From Octopus bimaculoides (taxonomy: Eukaryota): DNA of 64,000 nucleotides. The position numbers were made by a program, and so were the translations under genes. The DNA lies in NCBI RefSeq assembly GCF_001194135.2, contig NC_069000.1, positions 569,657 to 633,656 on the forward strand, in the 5' to 3' direction. The notes under the pieces are model-generated. The model made no database searches. It was not told where the DNA came from and saw only the letters and a program-made list of their open reading frames with translations. Positions 60,901 through 64,000 of this stretch are shown piece after piece. Every line of letters starts with the position of its first letter. Within the stretch, counting starts at the first letter, position 1.

Positions 60901-62342
60901 AGGGAGAGAGAGGGGGNNNNNNNNNNNNNNNNNNNNNNNNNNNNNNNNNNNNNNNNNNNNNNNNNNNNNNNNNNNNNNNNNNNNNNNNNNNNNNNNNNNN
61001 NNNNNNNNNNNNNNNNNNNNNNNNNNNNNNNNNNNNNNNNNNNNNNNNNNNNNNNNNNNNNNNNNNNNNNNNNNNNNNNNNNNNNNNNNNNNNNNNNNNN
61101 NNNNNNNNNNNNNNNNNNNNNNNNNNNNNNNNNNNNNNNNNNNNNNNNNNNNNNNNNNNNNNNNNNNNNNNNNNNNNNNNNNNNNNNNNNNNNNNNNNNN
61201 NNNNNNNNNNNNNNNNNNNNNNNNNNGACCTGTGGAGATTGAAAAGGGACCAGAGTAATTTTATAGAATTTAGACGGTTCCACAATTTTTTAACTTGTTA
61301 AACATCATGAAGAAAGAAAAATCTTTTCTCATTAAAAGACAGAAATGGTAGGGATAGTGAGGTAAGGGGTGTGTTGGGGAGTTTGAGAACCATTGACCTT
61401 CATGATCAATCCTGATCAATCGTAAGTTAAAACAGATTTTTTAGGAGCAGAGAAAAATACCTGGAGAAGATGAAAGACAAAGTTGACCACAGCAGGATGT
61501 GAACTCAGAATATTTACAGAAATAGCATCTTTGTCAATATACTTTCTAAATAATAACTGTTTCTAAGTTAGGCAGAGGCCAGCAATTTAGAAAGGAGTTC
61601 TAGTCCAATAAAGTAATCCCACAACTATTGCAGGTGTTATGTGCCACCCCCACCGGGATAGGTGAAAGTCCACAAAGTAGAAACAGTGCTGTATATTTGT
61701 TTTTATTATTTTTTATAATTTGTATATATCTATTTTATCATAAATGCAAAACACCACTCTAGAGGAATTGACATCAGCCTAAATAATAAACCGTGATAGG
61801 TGAACCACAATATGGCAAGGGATGACTGTAGCTCACGCCAAGTACTCAACCTGTACTTGTGTCTGTCAACCTTTTGAGGTTGAAAGACACAAATCTGTGT
61901 AGGATTTGAACTGAAAACAAAGACATGGAAATAAATACTGCAAGCAATATTTAACTTGTTCCAATCAACCTACTAACTCCACCAAATAATAATTTCTTTT
62001 CTACTCTCGGCACAAAGCCTGAAATTTGGGGTGAGGGGGATGGTTGATTTATNNNNNNNNNNNNNNNNNNNNNNNNNNNNNNNNNNNNNNNNNNNNNNNN
62101 NNNNNNNNNNNNNNNNNNNNNNNNNNNNNNNNNNNNNNNNNNNNNNNNNNNNNNNNNNNNNNNNNNNNNNNNNNNNNNNNNNNNNNNNNNNNNNNNNNNN
62201 NNNNNNNNNNNNNNNNGTACTCAACTGGTACTTGTATTATCAAGCCCGAAAGGATGAAAGGTAAAGTCAACCTCGGCAAATTTAAACTCAGAATGTACAG
62301 ACATTTTGCCTGGCATGCTCACAATTCTGCCAGCTCGCTGCC

Positions 62343-62374
<32 letters not shown>

Positions 62375-62701
62375 TATAATAATACTAATAATAATAATAA
62401 TTTCCTATATAAACACAAAGGCAGGAATTTGGAAAAAGGGAAGTGAATCAATCCCAGTACTTAAGCGGGACTTATTTATCGACGCCCCCCCCCCTCAGCC
62501 CCAGGAAGATGAAAGACAAAGTCAATGTCAGCGGAAACTGAACTCAGAAAATAAAGAGCTCAGACAAACAACAAAAAACATTATGTTTGAACCTAAAACA
62601 ATTCGACTAATCCAATCAGCATTTGTCATCAAATAATAAAATTTTGGCTGAGACCATATCTGGCCCCGTTACACAAGACATACTAAGGTAACCCTATTTA
62701 A

Positions 62702-62932
62702 CCCTTTAAGCATTCAGACTACTCTGCCAAATGTATTGTGTTTATTTAAGGGCAAATATTTTAGCTGGATATGGCCAGAACACCTCTGATCATAGATAAG
62801 TCTCTCCTTTTAATATCTATCACCTTCAGGCATCTTAGCATCAGATATCCAATGGAATGGTCACAGCTGGAAAGGATTGACAACAGATGTGGCACATTTC
62901 AGCTGGATATGGCCAGTTTAAATGCTAAAGGG
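62702..62932 (-). mobile_element. piggyBac-type MITE, second copy with internal family-C sequence
   Basis: ttaa|ccctttaagcattcaga ... tttaaatgctaaaggg|ttga. The ends are homologous to 40128-40344 in reverse. Confidence 0.6.
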
Positions 62933-63120
62933 TTGAATTAAAATCTCAAGTCATAATTTAATGAAATATGTTCCACAGACAATCTTATTAAATGACAAAG
63001 TTATTTGATTTAAACCTCAATAAAAACTTGATTACTTTCAAAATTAAATGAAATGTATAAATATTGTGATCCATAGTTATAAAAGGTTCAAAACACTGAA
63101 TGAGAAACTAATTAAAACTG

Positions 63121-63153
<33 letters not shown>

Positions 63154-63182
63154 NNNNNNNNNNGAGAAACTAATTAAAACTG

Positions 63183-63218
<36 letters not shown>

Positions 63219-64000
63219 CCTGCTACAAAGTGGACCCACCTCAATCCGAGCAATAAAACACAAAACTGTCAACTTCTCTCTCAGCTGATGACTATTTCAA
63301 TGACCTATTAACTCCACCATCTGCACTTACTGAACCGATAAACCTATCTATCTCACCACCACCACCACCACCATCATCATCATCGTCATCATACTGCTTC
63401 ACTACTTCAATGGAATTAAGTACATCATGCCATAAATTTTGTCAATTTCAAAGTTAAAGGTTTTCTTGAGATCTCGCTCTGATCCAGCAGATTTATCTAT
63501 GATCTGAGATGTTCCAGTCATGACCACCCCCATCAGTATTTTTAAGACAACATACTCTAAGACTACACTATCAAACAAAGCATATGACTGCATGATCAGA
63601 TATCAACAAGACTTACCACAGTTTACCTAGGACTACATTATCAGATGTAGTGTTTCTTGAACTGTTATTATTAAACTTAGTATCTGGAACCATTAAAATT
63701 AGACCTGGGAGGCCTTTTGTTTTGGCTCAAGGCTAACATGGTATTATTGCAGGACAACATTATCCAATGTGTCCTTCCTTGCTTCAAGATGGCAAGGTTG
63801 ATTAGAGGAAGATTCAGCTGCTATTTCTTGTTGCAGTTGAACAATTACTGCAAGAGGGAGGTTGTTCTTCATCTCAATCACAACCAACTGAACATTTCTG
63901 GATGTTCTATTTCCCATTTTCAATCAGACATCTTAATTAACCAGTGTACCATTCTCATAGCCCCCCCCCNNNNNNNNNNCCATAACCACACAAGACTCCT

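Noticed and set aside
33980-63295. Other CTGATGA words (e.g. about 33985, 41245, 52162, 55435, 63285)
   Set aside because: None has a downstream stem II plus GAAA or a stem I partner, so they are not hammerheads.
1-64000. CRISPR arrays, rRNA, true tRNA or snRNA genes
   Set aside because: No regularly spaced repeat-spacer arrays and no recognisable conserved RNA sequences. The tRNA-like boxes belong to SINE heads.

Overview
Eukaryotic genomic DNA: AT-rich, repeat-dense and containing gaps. The SINE/RTE repeat content and microsatellite load suggest an octopus/coleoid cephalopod (inference). Two genes are well supported. (1) A complete protoporphyrinogen oxidase (PPOX) on + with 11 coding exons, 19294-30097, 1422 nt = 473 aa. 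(2) A single-exon 536-aa C2H2 zinc-finger gene on - (45759-47369, 9 fingers). The rest comprises a 7.5-kb polypurine GA satellite with an inverted block, RTE-type LINE fragments, Helitron helicase remnants, several SINE families, two MITE types, a Penelope-type hammerhead motif and an unexplained CpG-rich region upstream of PPOX. Top leads: several PPOX residues that are conserved in human PPOX are each one A-to-G edit from being restored (possible restorative RNA editing); an upstream exon could add a mitochondrial-presequence-like extension in frame to PPOX; a minimal hammerhead lies in PPOX intron 5; and the same RTE-tail/Helitron-end junction occurs twice. All comparisons to human PPOX and repeat-family names come from memory, not from a database search. 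Repeat coordinates are approximate.
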